Notes: generated from the sequence alone by a model not told the origin. A stretch of DNA of 64,000 nucleotides from Alphaproteobacteria bacterium MarineAlpha5_Bin12 (GCA_002937855.1 PTKS01000009.1:5362-69361), one strand, 5' to 3'; shown: positions 16,693 through 27,401, counted from the stretch's first letter. A program made the numbers and translations.

Positions 16693-19229
16693 TATTTATT
16701 AAAGTAAGCTCCTAATGCGCCGAAAGACTCTTTGTCAGTTTTTTTATTGAAAAAATTCTTTTTATTTTTAACATCTTTTTTTATTTTATTAAATTTTTTT
16801 TCTTGTTTTAAAATAAAAATTAATTGCTCATTTCCCATATATACAGACTCATAGTTTAAAAATAACATTATTTTTTTTAATGTTTCAGAATCACATCCAA
16901 CTAAATTCATCAAATCAGGATCTTGAATGAACGTTCCAAATCTATATTTTTTTCTTACCATAAAAAAAAGTCTTTCATAAATATCTACTCTCACAGCAAT
17001 TTTATTTATTCTTATATATCCAATAGCTAACCAATAATCGTCAGGGATTTCATTTTTTATATTAAAATAAACCCTTCCATTAGAAGGTAATGGATATAAA
17101 AAATTTTTCGAAAATAATTTATAATTTTTCCATAATAAAGCTCTTAATTCAATTGATTCCTTTTTCATAAAACTTGGAAAATAAAAATATTGTGTTCCTG
17201 TTCTAATACCAAGTTTGCTTAATTCTTTTTTTTCTTCAGGTGATAAATTTTTATTAAAATTAATAAAGTCATTAGTCTTGGCGCAACCTAAATTATGAAA
17301 TAAAATATATGATATAGATCTAATTGATGAAAAATTAGAAATTTCATTTGTATCTTTGTCTATTGGTTTTAATAATTTTTGTATTTTATCTAAAACCCAT
17401 TTTTGTAACCTTTTAGAAATCTTTTCTCTATTATGGGAATCTAAAAGTTCAGAATTTAAAACACTTAATTTAGGTAAAAAAATACTTTCTCCTTTTTCTA
17501 AATAACCAACTGGATCTTCACCCCAATATATATATGGTAAGCTGTTCATTTGACTCTCATTTAAGTTTCCAAAATTAAATGCTTCATCAGGAGCTTTTAT
17601 TAGAGAATCTATTCTTTCAGGTATCATTTTTAGAATTGTTTTTTTAGCTATACTGTTAACCAAGTTTGACTTAATTGAATTAATATCATCATTAAATCGC
17701 AAATTAAATCCTTTAATTGAAGCAATATTTGTCTCGACATGATTATCATTTTTGAATGTAACGTTTAAATTATTTCCTTTTTTAATTTTATCAAGAAAAA
17801 AATTACCTGGTTGATCAACAAATCTATTTTTTAACTTATTATGTAATTCATCTGATAATTTATCTTCAATGTTTCTTGTTCTTTCTTGCCAATATTGTTT
17901 ATTTTCTATCCATTCTCCTTGATTGGAAATATATGTCCATGTCCTAATGAATGCAATTCTTTTAGAGAGTAAGTCTATATCTCCACTAATATCATCCAAT
18001 TTTTTTACATGTTTTTCTATTAAATCGTCTGGAATTAAATTGTTATTAATCATTAAATTAATAAATATATTCTTTAAAAATTCTATATAGCTTTCAGTCA
18101 TAAGTTTTTGAAAGTCTGGAATTCTACACACTTTCCAAAGAGTAATAATTTTTTCAGAATTTATTAAGTGTTTTTTTATATCTGTGTCATATGATAATGC
18201 TCGAAATGATTTTTCATCTTCAGCATTTTTCTTTTTAATAAATATATTTGATGGGGGATTTTTATTTAATGAGTTCATTAATGACAAAACTGAACTAAAA
18301 TCTAGCTCAGAATTTCTCCAATAAATTTTTTCAACAGAATCAAATCTATGATTCTCTAAAGCTTCTATTGAAAGAGGGTCAAGCTCATAATATTTTTTAG
18401 ATACACCAAAAGTACCATCATTTTGATATCTCCCTGCTCGACCAGCAATTTGACCAATTTCTGATAAATGTAAATGTCTGTGAAATCTTCCATCATATTT
18501 TTTTAAACTTGAAAATGAAATATGTTCTATGTTTAAATTTAAACCCATTCCAATAGCATCAGTGGCAACTAAATAATTTACACTTTTATTTTCATACATT
18601 TCTACTTGGGAATTTCTTGTTCTAGGACTTAGAGCTCCCAAAACTACAGCTGACCCACCTTTTTGAGACCGTAATTGTTCAGCAATTGAGTATACATCAT
18701 CTAAATTAAAAGCAATAATTGCACTTCTGGGTTTTAATTTTGAAATACTTTGACTTTTAACATAAGTTAGTTTCGAAAATCTTTCTCTATAGTCAATTGA
18801 AATATTTGGAAATAATGTTTTTAAAATTTTCTCAATGGTTATTGAACCCAGCAATATAGTTTCAAAATTTCCTCTTAAATTTAAAATTCTTTCAGTAAAA
18901 ATATGGCCTCTTTCAAAGTCAGAACATAATTGTACTTCATCAATACAAATAAAATCAACACTTTTTAAAGTAGGCATTGATTCAACTGTACAAAAAAAAT
19001 ATTTTGCTCCTTCAGGTAAAATTTTTTCTTCCCCAGTTATTAAGGCTACTAATTTTGAATCTACTTTTTTTAAAGCTTTATCATAATTTTCTCTTGCAAG
19101 AAGTCTTAAAGGAAATCCAAAAATTCCAGATTTATATGACAACATTCTATCTAAGGCATAATAAGTTTTTCCTGTGTTTGTTGGGCCCAAGACTGCCTTT
19201 AAACCTAAGTCAAAATTATTTTTTATCAT
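16692..19229 (-). CDS. Suv3-like ATP-dependent helicase
   Basis: 845 aa. Walker A GPTNTGKTY, DEVQ box, GRAGR motif and a long C-terminal extension. Confidence 0.75.
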   Translation of the reverse strand: MIKNNFDLGLKAVLGPTNTGKTYYALDRMLSYKSGIFGFPLRLLARENYDKALKKVDSKLVALITGEEKILPEGAKYFFCTVESMPTLKSVDFICIDEVQLCSDFERGHIFTERILNLRGNFETILLGSITIEKILKTLFPNISIDYRERFSKLTYVKSQSISKLKPRSAIIAFNLDDVYSIAEQLRSQKGGSAVVLGALSPRTRNSQVEMYENKSVNYLVATDAIGMGLNLNIEHISFSSLKKYDGRFHRHLHLSEIGQIAGRAGRYQNDGTFGVSKKYYELDPLSIEALENHRFDSVEKIYWRNSELDFSSVLSLMNSLNKNPPSNIFIKKKNAEDEKSFRALSYDTDIKKHLINSEKIITLWKVCRIPDFQKLMTESYIEFLKNIFINLMINNNLIPDDLIEKHVKKLDDISGDIDLLSKRIAFIRTWTYISNQGEWIENKQYWQERTRNIEDKLSDELHNKLKNRFVDQPGNFFLDKIKKGNNLNVTFKNDNHVETNIASIKGFNLRFNDDINSIKSNLVNSIAKKTILKMIPERIDSLIKAPDEAFNFGNLNESQMNSLPYIYWGEDPVGYLEKGESIFLPKLSVLNSELLDSHNREKISKRLQKWVLDKIQKLLKPIDKDTNEISNFSSIRSISYILFHNLGCAKTNDFINFNKNLSPEEKKELSKLGIRTGTQYFYFPSFMKKESIELRALLWKNYKLFSKNFLYPLPSNGRVYFNIKNEIPDDYWLAIGYIRINKIAVRVDIYERLFFMVRKKYRFGTFIQDPDLMNLVGCDSETLKKIMLFLNYESVYMGNEQLIFILKQEKKFNKIKKDVKNKKNFFNKKTDKESFGALGAYFNK

Positions 19230-19236
19230 TATAACT

Positions 19237-21864
19237 TTATGAATTATTATCTATTATTTGATTTAACAAGTATTTTAAAATTCCACCTGATTTATAATAT
19301 TCTAATTCTTTTTCAGTATCAATTCTGCATAGAAGTTTTATTTTTCTATTTTTATTTATATTGCAATTAATAATTTTTTTTGGCTTAATTTTATTAATTT
19401 CATTAATAGTAAAAAATTCTTCACCAGTAATTTTTAATTTTTTTCTATTTTCATTATTAATAAATTCTAATGGCAAAACGCCCATACCAATCAAATTCGA
19501 GCGATGAATTCTTTCAAAACTTTCAGCAATTACAGCCTTTATTCCTAAAAGATTTGTTCCTTTCGCTGCCCAATCTCTTGAAGATCCTGTTCCATATTCT
19601 TTTCCTGCAATAATAATTAATGGAATTTTTTGTTCTTTGTATTCCATTGCTGTATCATATATGTTTGATTTATTTCCATTTAAAAAATTTTTTGTTAAAC
19701 CTCCAAAATCTCCTGAAACTAATTCGTTTTGAAGCCTAATATTGGCGAAAGTACCTCTAATCATTATCTCATGATTGCCTCTTCTTGAACCATAAGAATT
19801 AAATTCATTAAATGCTATCTGTCTTTCTGAAAGATATTTACCAGCCGGGCTATTTTTTTTTATTGCTCCAGCAGGAGAAATATGGTCTGTCGTAATGCTA
19901 TTATCTAACATAACTAGAACCCGCGCGTTAACAATATCACCTAAGTCTGATTGTTCTATAAAATAAGGTGGGCGTTTAACATAGGTGCTAGATGGGCTCC
20001 AATCAAATAAATCTTTTTTTATTATTTTGATTTTTTTCCAATTCTCATCACCCTGGCTAATATCTTTATATTTGTCGATAAAAATTTTTTTATTTAAATT
20101 ATTTTTGATAACATTTTGAATTTCCTGGCTATTTGGCCAAATGTCTTTCAAATAAACTTTATTGTTATTCTTGTCATAACCCAAATGATCTTTTTTAAAA
20201 TTAAAATTAATATTTCCTGCAATTGCATAAGCAATTACTATTGGAGGAGAGCCTAAATAATTTGCTTTTACTTCTGGATGTATTCGGCCCTCAAAGTTTC
20301 TATTGCCTGATAAAACTGAACAAACTGTAAAATTTTTTTCTAAAATTTTATCAGAAACTTCTTTTTTCAATGGACCTGAATTTCCTATACAAGTTGTGCA
20401 GCCATAACCCACAACATTAAAACCCATTTTATCAAGACTAATGGTTAGTCCACTGTCATCTAAATATTTACTAACAACTTTACTTCCAGGAGCAAAACTT
20501 GTTTTAACAAATTTTTTAATGTTTAATCCTTTTTCAAGAGCTTTTTTAGCTAACAATCCTGCTGCGACAAGAACATTTGGATTTGATGTATTTGTGCAGC
20601 TTGTGATTGCTGCTATTACAATTGATCCATCTTGTAATTCGCTATTTTGTAATTTATCTATCTTTTTTTGATTTTTTGTAAAATCTTGAAAAGATTTTGG
20701 AACTTGGTAAAGTTGAACTCTATCTTGTGGCCTTTTAGGTCCTGCCAAAGAACTTGAAACTTCACTTAAATTTATATTAACTATATCATTGTATTGAGAT
20801 GTATAACTATTATCTAACCACAGACCTTGAATTTCACTATATTGACGAACTAAGTTTAATTCATGTTTAGTCTTGCCAGTTAGAGCCAGATAATTAATTG
20901 TTTCTTGGTCAGTGGGAAAAAAACCGCATGTTGCTCCATATTCTGGAGACATATTCGCAATAGTTGCTCTATCTGCAAGAGTGATATTGCTGACCCCAGT
21001 TCCAATAAATTCTACAAATTTACCAACCACTCCTTTTTTTCTTAGATGTTCAGTCACAGTTAATACTAAATCTGTAGCAGTAACTCCTTCAGATAATTTG
21101 CCACTAAAGTTAACTGCAATAACTTCAGGTAAATTGATAGAAATAGGCTCTCCCAAAATTGTAGCTTCAGCTTCAATTCCTCCTACACCCCAACCTAAAA
21201 CTGAAAGTGCATTAATCATGGTAGTATGGCTATCAGTTCCAACTAAAGAATCTGGAAAAATAAATTTAGATCCATTAATGTTTTTGACCCATATTGTTTT
21301 TGTTAAATATTCTAAATTAACTTGATGACAAATTCCTGTTCCTGGAGGTACCACATTAAAATTCTTAAACGAATTTTGACCCCATTTTAAAAATTCATAT
21401 CTTTCTCTATTTCTGTCAAATTCTAATTCTACATTCTTACTGAACGAATGCTTATCTCCATAGTAATCAACTGAAACCGAATGGTCTATTACCAGATCAA
21501 CAGGAATTTTAGGGTTAATTAAATCTGGCTTAATACTTCTTTTTTTAAGCGCTTCTCTCATGGCTGCCAAATCTACAACAGCAGGAACACCAGTAAAATC
21601 CTGCATTAAAACTCTTGTTGGATAGAAAGAAAATTCTAAATTTTTATTTTTATAAATGGTTTTGAAATTTTTAAATTTTTCTAAATTAACATTCTTGTTT
21701 TCTTCATTTCTTAAAAAATTTTCAATTAAAACCTTTAAACTATATGGGACTACTTCATGTTTAATATTAATTTTATTAAAAAAAGTTTTTAAACTAAAAT
21801 ATTTATATTCCTTATTATCAATAATAATTGATTTTTTTGTTCTAAAACTATCTAAAGATTCCAT
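19237..21864 (-). CDS. acnA: Aconitate hydratase A
   Basis: 875 aa. Aconitase/IRP-type sequence with Fe-S ligand regions TSCTNTSNP and CTTCIGNSG. Confidence 0.95.
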   Translation of the reverse strand: MESLDSFRTKKSIIIDNKEYKYFSLKTFFNKINIKHEVVPYSLKVLIENFLRNEENKNVNLEKFKNFKTIYKNKNLEFSFYPTRVLMQDFTGVPAVVDLAAMREALKKRSIKPDLINPKIPVDLVIDHSVSVDYYGDKHSFSKNVELEFDRNRERYEFLKWGQNSFKNFNVVPPGTGICHQVNLEYLTKTIWVKNINGSKFIFPDSLVGTDSHTTMINALSVLGWGVGGIEAEATILGEPISINLPEVIAVNFSGKLSEGVTATDLVLTVTEHLRKKGVVGKFVEFIGTGVSNITLADRATIANMSPEYGATCGFFPTDQETINYLALTGKTKHELNLVRQYSEIQGLWLDNSYTSQYNDIVNINLSEVSSSLAGPKRPQDRVQLYQVPKSFQDFTKNQKKIDKLQNSELQDGSIVIAAITSCTNTSNPNVLVAAGLLAKKALEKGLNIKKFVKTSFAPGSKVVSKYLDDSGLTISLDKMGFNVVGYGCTTCIGNSGPLKKEVSDKILEKNFTVCSVLSGNRNFEGRIHPEVKANYLGSPPIVIAYAIAGNINFNFKKDHLGYDKNNNKVYLKDIWPNSQEIQNVIKNNLNKKIFIDKYKDISQGDENWKKIKIIKKDLFDWSPSSTYVKRPPYFIEQSDLGDIVNARVLVMLDNSITTDHISPAGAIKKNSPAGKYLSERQIAFNEFNSYGSRRGNHEIMIRGTFANIRLQNELVSGDFGGLTKNFLNGNKSNIYDTAMEYKEQKIPLIIIAGKEYGTGSSRDWAAKGTNLLGIKAVIAESFERIHRSNLIGMGVLPLEFINNENRKKLKITGEEFFTINEINKIKPKKIINCNINKNRKIKLLCRIDTEKELEYYKSGGILKYLLNQIIDNNS

Positions 21865-22078
21865 TTTAAAGATTTATTTTAATTTTATATATATTTACAA
21901 TTATGCTTTTTTTTAATTTTATCAATATAAGTTACTGTAAATACTTAAAAATTTAAGTAAAAAATAAGTAAAATTGTAAAATATTAAATAAATTATTTAT
22001 AAACTAAATTATTGACTTTGTGCGAAAGTTTTGAAAAAAAACATTAAGCCTTTATTGTTTTGCTAGATAGCGAAACAC

Positions 22079-22094
22079 TGTAGAAATTTCTACA
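22079..22094 (+). promoter_or_regulatory. Perfect 16-bp palindrome upstream of the small basic ORF (operator or 5-prime UTR hairpin candidate)
   Basis: tgtagaaatttctaca sits 24 nt upstream of the ATG at 22118. Confidence 0.35.
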
Positions 22095-22117
22095 CTAACT
22101 TATACAAGGAGCAAATA

Positions 22118-22243
22118 ATGGCTAAAAGAAGAAAAAAAGCTAAAAAAGCGGCGCCTAAGAAAAAAAGAAGAGCTGCACCTAAAAAGAAGAAAAAAGCAGC
22201 TAAGAAAAAAGCTAAAAAGAAAGCTAAAAAAAGAAGAAGATAG
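22118..22243 (+). CDS. 41-aa polybasic Lys/Arg/Ala protein (histone H1-tail-like or ribosome-associated candidate); absent from the ORF track
   Basis: MAKRRKKAKKAAPKKKRRAAPKKKKKAAKKKAKKKAKKRRR. SD AAGGAG lies 6 nt upstream, and two hairpin+T-run terminators follow. Confidence 0.55.
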   Translation: MAKRRKKAKKAAPKKKRRAAPKKKKKAAKKKAKKKAKKRRR

Positions 22244-22256
22244 TTGAATTTTCTAG

Positions 22257-22279
22257 CCTTTTAATAAAAAGGTTTTTTT
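22257..22279 (+). terminator. Weak AT-rich intrinsic terminator
   Basis: cctttt-aata-aaaagg followed by 7 T. Confidence 0.4.
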
Positions 22280-22317
22280 CTTAGGAATTAGAGATCTCTT
22301 AATGGTCTCTTTAAAAA

Positions 22318-22342
22318 GCGGGGTGTTAAGCCCCGTTTTTTT
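22318..22342 (+). terminator. Intrinsic terminator
   Basis: gcgggg-tgttaag-ccccg followed by 7 T. Confidence 0.7.
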
Positions 22343-22383
22343 ATGGCATTTCGCTCCTTTGTATCATAATAGTTTTGTTAATA

Positions 22384-23007
22384 ATGATTTTGGCAAGTAA
22401 TATAAGTTGTAAACGTGGAAACAATTTAATATTTGAAAATTTAAACTTCAAGATTGAAGATGGAGTTGCAACAATAATTAGTGGTAAAAATGGATCCGGT
22501 AAAACAAGTCTTTTAAGGATATTGGCTAATTTATTAAAACCAAAAAAAGGGGATATAATTTGGAAAGGAAAATCAATATATAAAAATATTGATGAATATC
22601 ATAAGGAGCTTACCTACATAGCAGATATAAATTGTTCAAAGGAAAATCTTAGTGTTTATGAAAATATGAAGTTTTGGAAAAATTTATATAAATCTTCCAT
22701 ATCAAATGATCTATTTTTGAAACTCTTATCTAATATAGATTTAGATAATTATATAAATGAAAGAGTGAAGAACTTATCTAGTGGACAAAAAAGAAAGTTG
22801 GAATTGACAAGATTAATAATTGAAGAGAGACATACTTGGATACTAGATGAGCCTTTTTTAGGCTTAGATCAACACTCAGTTAGTATCATCGGTCAAACTA
22901 TTTCAGATCATTTAAAACAAAAAGGAACAGTAATTTTATCTTCACATATACCAGTTAATATCACAAATAAAACTTATATAGATTTGGATTTACATGAGTC
23001 AAATTAA
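22384..23007 (+). CDS. ccmA: Heme exporter ATP-binding protein CcmA
   Basis: Walker A GKNGSGKTS, signature LSSGQKRK, Walker B WILDEP. Start uncertain (TTG at 22375 or ATG at 22384). Confidence 0.85.
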   Translation: MILASNISCKRGNNLIFENLNFKIEDGVATIISGKNGSGKTSLLRILANLLKPKKGDIIWKGKSIYKNIDEYHKELTYIADINCSKENLSVYENMKFWKNLYKSSISNDLFLKLLSNIDLDNYINERVKNLSSGQKRKLELTRLIIEERHTWILDEPFLGLDQHSVSIIGQTISDHLKQKGTVILSSHIPVNITNKTYIDLDLHESN

Positions 23008-23689
23008 TAAAAATTTATTTATTTTTTTCAAATCAATTTTAAGCATATCATTTAGGGATATAAAAATTCAATTTAGAAATATGAGTTATATTTATAGTAT
23101 TATGATTTTTTTTATAATGATTATCCTTATATTTATATTTGCAATTGGCCCAGACGAAGAACAATTAAAAGTATATTTAATTCCGATATTATGGTCAATA
23201 TTAATTCTTTGTTCATGCATTTCAATTAACAATTTATTAAAAGATGATTATTTAGATGGTAATTTTGGTATTTATCAATTTACTGGAATATCATTTGAAT
23301 TAATTGCAATTTCAAAAATATTTACTTCTTGGATACTTTATCAACTTCCAATATTAATTTTAATGCCTTTTATAGCTTTTATAATTGAAATCAATGAAAC
23401 TAAAATTTTTCATTTAATAATTACAATAGCAATTGGCTCACCTATTCTCACAGTATTTACATTGATATCAAGTGCAATGATGCTTACTAATAGCAAAAAC
23501 TTAATTTTGGGAAGCATAATTATGATTCCTTTGTGTATACCCGTTATAATTTTTTCTATCGGTGCTATTACAAATGATCAAGAATTATTTACAGCACAAA
23601 TAAATATTTTGTTATCAATATTTTTTGCCTCTCTAGCGATAGGGCCATGGGTAATATCGGGTTGTATTAAAATAGCTTTGAAGAATTAG
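22994..23689 (+). CDS. ccmB: Heme exporter permease CcmB
   Basis: 231-aa polytopic membrane protein. It follows ccmA with a 14-nt overlap, and its position and size are typical of CcmB. Confidence 0.8.
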   Translation: MSQINKNLFIFFKSILSISFRDIKIQFRNMSYIYSIMIFFIMIILIFIFAIGPDEEQLKVYLIPILWSILILCSCISINNLLKDDYLDGNFGIYQFTGISFELIAISKIFTSWILYQLPILILMPFIAFIIEINETKIFHLIITIAIGSPILTVFTLISSAMMLTNSKNLILGSIIMIPLCIPVIIFSIGAITNDQELFTAQINILLSIFFASLAIGPWVISGCIKIALKN

Positions 23690-23691
23690 AT

Positions 23692-24396
23692 ATGTTTTCA
23701 TTTTTATATAATCCAGGAAAGTTTTTTATAGCAGCGGAAAAAAGCCATAATTATATAAAAATGACTGCAATTTATTTAATGATTATTGGAATTTTGTATG
23801 CTCTTGTATTTTCCCCTGACGATTATCAACAAGGATTTACAGTTAAGATAATGTTTATACATGTTCCTGCTGCTTGGTTAGCGATGTTTACTTACGCATT
23901 AATGACTATATACGGAATTTTAGCACTATCCTTTAAAATTACTTTTGGCTATATATTTATAAAAGCAGTTGCACCTATTGGTTTGATTTTTACTTTAATG
24001 TGTTTAATTACAGGTTCAATTTGGGGCAAACCAATGTGGGGTACATGGTGGGTTTGGGATGCTAGACTAACATCAGTATTAATATTAGGAATTTTTTATA
24101 TAATAATTATGATTTTAAACAGATCTTTTGATGATATTGAAAATGGTGAAAAAATATCAACTATATTTGTTTTATTAGGTTCAATAAATTTACCAATTAT
24201 TAAATTCTCAGTAGATTGGTGGAATACCTTACATCAACCTGCAAGCATCAGCAAGCTTGCATCTCCATCTATAGAAATCTCACTATTGTTACCTCTTATT
24301 GTTATGACCATTGCATTTAAAGTATTATTTTTATTTTTAATTTCATTAAGAGTTAGAGCAGAAATAAATATTAGAAAACAAATACTTAAGGAATAA
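23692..24396 (+). CDS. ccmC: Heme exporter protein CcmC
   Basis: WGTWWVWDARLTS Trp-rich (WWD) heme-handling motif. Confidence 0.9.
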   Translation: MFSFLYNPGKFFIAAEKSHNYIKMTAIYLMIIGILYALVFSPDDYQQGFTVKIMFIHVPAAWLAMFTYALMTIYGILALSFKITFGYIFIKAVAPIGLIFTLMCLITGSIWGKPMWGTWWVWDARLTSVLILGIFYIIIMILNRSFDDIENGEKISTIFVLLGSINLPIIKFSVDWWNTLHQPASISKLASPSIEISLLLPLIVMTIAFKVLFLFLISLRVRAEINIRKQILKE

Positions 24397-24435
24397 GCTT
24401 GCTTATTACAAAAATGATAAATTATATATTAAATA

Positions 24436-24570
24436 ATGATTAGTTTTAGCATTGAAATTCCCTACTTTTGGTATGTTGTGTCGGCATATATAATTTCATT
24501 ATTATTAATATTATTTATATTAATAAATTCTTTGAATTTACTTAAAAAGAATAAAAAACTAAAGAAATAA
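24436..24570 (+). CDS. ccmD: Heme exporter protein CcmD (44 aa, absent from the ORF track)
   Basis: MISFSIEIPYFWYVVSAYIISLLLILFILINSLNLLKKNKKLKK has a single TM helix plus a basic tail, exactly in the ccmC-ccmE gap. Confidence 0.6.
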   Translation: MISFSIEIPYFWYVVSAYIISLLLILFILINSLNLLKKNKKLKK

Positions 24571-24575
24571 TCTTT

Positions 24576-25004
24576 ATGTCAAAAAGATTCCAGAGAGTTT
24601 TAGTAGTAATATTTTCTTTAATTTTTTTATTAGCATCAGCACTTTTAATATTATTTAATGTAAAAAGTAATATAGTATTTTTTTTAACACCGTCTGAATT
24701 ACAGATTGAGAAACACAACAATACTATAGTACGTGTTGGTGGTATGGTAAAAGAAAATTCATATTCAACATATAATAACATTAAAAAATTTATCATTACA
24801 GATAATGAAAAAGAAATATTTGTTAACTATGAGGGAATACTTCCAGATCTTTTTAAAGAAAAAAGTGGAGTAGTCGTGGAGGGAAAATTAATAAATGATA
24901 ATTTAAATGCATCTAAAGTATTTGCAAAACATGATGAAAATTATATGCCTGCAACTATATCAGATAAGCTAAAAGAAAAAGGATTTTGGAATAAAAATTA
25001 TTAA
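24576..25004 (+). CDS. ccmE: Cytochrome c-type biogenesis heme chaperone CcmE
   Basis: N-terminal anchor, OB-fold body and heme-binding AKHDENYMP motif. Confidence 0.9.
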   Translation: MSKRFQRVLVVIFSLIFLLASALLILFNVKSNIVFFLTPSELQIEKHNNTIVRVGGMVKENSYSTYNNIKKFIITDNEKEIFVNYEGILPDLFKEKSGVVVEGKLINDNLNASKVFAKHDENYMPATISDKLKEKGFWNKNY

Positions 25005-25005
25005 C

Positions 25006-26877
25006 ATGCTATACACTGGACAAATATTAATTCTTATTGCTATTTTAAATAATTTTTTAAATGTATTTCTTTTCTTTTTTTTAAAAAAAAATTCAAATTT
25101 TATTAAACAAATTTTTATTACATCATCAAGATTAAATGCGCTGCTAATTTTACTGGCTTTTTTATTTTTAATATTTCTATATGTTAGTTCTGATTTTAGA
25201 AATTTAAATGTTTTTTTTAATTCTCACTCAGACAAACCTTTAATTTATAAAATATCTGGAGTTTGGGGAAATCATGAAGGTTCATTATTATTATGGATTC
25301 TGATTATGTCAGTTTACAATTTTGTTTTTTCATTAAATAAAAGTTTAGATGAAAATCTTAAGAATATGACTATTTTTTTTCAAACTATAATGACTACGAG
25401 TTTTATCCTGTTTATGCTTCTAACTTCCAACCCGTTCATCATTAATTTTTCTAATCCCAATGAAGGTTTGGGGTTAAATCCAGTTTTACAAGATCCAGCT
25501 TTAGCAATCCACCCACCCTTATTATATATTGGTTATGTTGGATTTTCTCTGGTTTTAAGTCTTGCAGTCTCGGGAATGTTAACAAATAAAATAAATACTG
25601 CTTGGATTAAAACTACCAAACAATATTCAATTTTTTGTTGGGCAATGTTAACATTGGGAATAACAGTCGGGTCATATTGGGCCTATTATGAATTAGGATG
25701 GGGAGGATGGTGGTTTTGGGACCCTGTAGAAAACGTATCATTAATGCCTTGGTTAACTGGACTTGCACTAATTCATTCATTGCAAATAATAAACAATAAT
25801 TCATATATAAAAAATTGGGTAATTTTTTTATCGATTTTATGTTTTTCTTTAAGTTTATTAGGAACGTTTATAGTTAGATCAGGTGTATTAATGAGTGTTC
25901 ATGCATTTGCAAGTGATTCTCATAGAGGTATGTTTATATTAATAATTTTTTTTCTTATAACTGGTTTTTCTTTTTTAGTTTTTTTAATTAAACCAGATAA
26001 TACACAAAGAAATCCCCAATCATTGGTTTTTAATAAATACAGCACTTTAATTATAAATAACATTGTTATGACAGTTGCGTGTTTTACAATTTTATTAGGA
26101 ACTATTTATCCAATTATTTTAGAAAGTATAAATAATCAAAGAATTACAGTAGGAGCGCCATATTTTAATTCAACCGTAATTCCAATCGTTCTTCCAGGGC
26201 TTCTTCTTATGGCTATAGCGCCTGCTCTATCGTGGAAGAAAAATAGAATTAATGATTTTAAATATTACTTATATATATTTTTTGCTCTTTTAATTATTTG
26301 TATTGTCATCTATTTTCTCTCCAACTATAATCCATGGGGAATTATTGGAATTGCAGTTGGACTCTGGGTTTTATTTCCATCAATAATTCAATTAATAAAA
26401 ATCATAGTCAAAAAAGATATTGCTAAAAATAAAATTCCTGGGCTAACTTCTCATATTGGTATGGGTATTTTAATTTTAGGAGTAACTATTTCGAGCGTAT
26501 GGCAAAAAGAAACAATCAATAATTTAAAAATTGGAGAAGAGATATTATTAGAAAACTATTCTATAAAACTTAAAAATGTAAAAGAAGAAGTAAAAAATAA
26601 CTATATAAGAATGATGGGTAATTTTAAAATTTTTGAAAATAATGTTGAAATAGGTGAAATTTACTCTGAAAAAAGATATTATCCAGTTTCTCAAACTGTA
26701 ACTACTGAAGCTGGAATTATGCATAAATTTGATAAAGACATATATATTGTAATAGGAGAAAATATCAGTGATAATGAATGGTTAATTAAAATTTATTTTA
26801 ACCCTTTTGTTTCATTTATATGGTTAGGAGCCTTAATTACAGTTTTGGGTGGAATAATATCTTTAAGAAAAATATGA
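25006..26877 (+). CDS. ccmF: Cytochrome c heme lyase subunit CcmF
   Basis: 623 aa, polytopic, with the WGGWWFWDPVEN WWD motif. Confidence 0.9.
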   Translation: MLYTGQILILIAILNNFLNVFLFFFLKKNSNFIKQIFITSSRLNALLILLAFLFLIFLYVSSDFRNLNVFFNSHSDKPLIYKISGVWGNHEGSLLLWILIMSVYNFVFSLNKSLDENLKNMTIFFQTIMTTSFILFMLLTSNPFIINFSNPNEGLGLNPVLQDPALAIHPPLLYIGYVGFSLVLSLAVSGMLTNKINTAWIKTTKQYSIFCWAMLTLGITVGSYWAYYELGWGGWWFWDPVENVSLMPWLTGLALIHSLQIINNNSYIKNWVIFLSILCFSLSLLGTFIVRSGVLMSVHAFASDSHRGMFILIIFFLITGFSFLVFLIKPDNTQRNPQSLVFNKYSTLIINNIVMTVACFTILLGTIYPIILESINNQRITVGAPYFNSTVIPIVLPGLLLMAIAPALSWKKNRINDFKYYLYIFFALLIICIVIYFLSNYNPWGIIGIAVGLWVLFPSIIQLIKIIVKKDIAKNKIPGLTSHIGMGILILGVTISSVWQKETINNLKIGEEILLENYSIKLKNVKEEVKNNYIRMMGNFKIFENNVEIGEIYSEKRYYPVSQTVTTEAGIMHKFDKDIYIVIGENISDNEWLIKIYFNPFVSFIWLGALITVLGGIISLRKI

Positions 26878-27401
26878 AAAAAATTTATCCAAAACTTCCA
26901 TTAATTTTTACTGTAATAATATTTGGTTTTTTATTGTATTTTTTAACTCAAGATAAGAATCCATCAAATCCACCAAGCGCTTTATTAAACAAACAAATGC
27001 CTAAATTTGAATCAAATGATTTAATTGATGAAAATTATCAAATTAGTGGCGAAAAATTTTATGGAAAAAAAATAATAATAAATTTTTTTGCTTCTTGGTG
27101 TTCTCCCTGTAAAGTAGAACATCCACTTTTAATAGAAATTGCAAATAATCATTCCGATGTTTTAATGATAGGTGTAAATCATAAAGACAAAAAAGATGAT
27201 GCTATGAATTTTTTAGAATCAGGAAATCCATATGATCAAATTGCATTGGATAAAGACGGAAAAATTGCAATGGAATTTGGTGTTTATGGATTGCCTGAAA
27301 CTTTTATAATTAATGAAAAAGGAATAATCGTTTTTGCTTATGTTGGCCCAATAACGAATAAAATTTATGAAAAAAAAATTAAAAGATTACTTTCAAATTA
27401 G
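26874..27401 (+). CDS. ccmG: Thiol:disulfide oxidoreductase CcmG/DsbE
   Basis: ASWCSPC thioredoxin motif. Start set at MKKIYPK, which forms an ATGA overlap with the ccmF stop. The ORF-track N-terminal extension is rejected. Confidence 0.85.
   Translation: MKKIYPKLPLIFTVIIFGFLLYFLTQDKNPSNPPSALLNKQMPKFESNDLIDENYQISGEKFYGKKIIINFFASWCSPCKVEHPLLIEIANNHSDVLMIGVNHKDKKDDAMNFLESGNPYDQIALDKDGKIAMEFGVYGLPETFIINEKGIIVFAYVGPITNKIYEKKIKRLLSN

Noticed and set aside
21951-21990. Repeated AAGTAAAA-like words upstream of acnA, as a possible regulator-binding array.
   Set aside because: These are short A-rich words in a region that is roughly 85% A+T by eye, and I could not distinguish them from chance.
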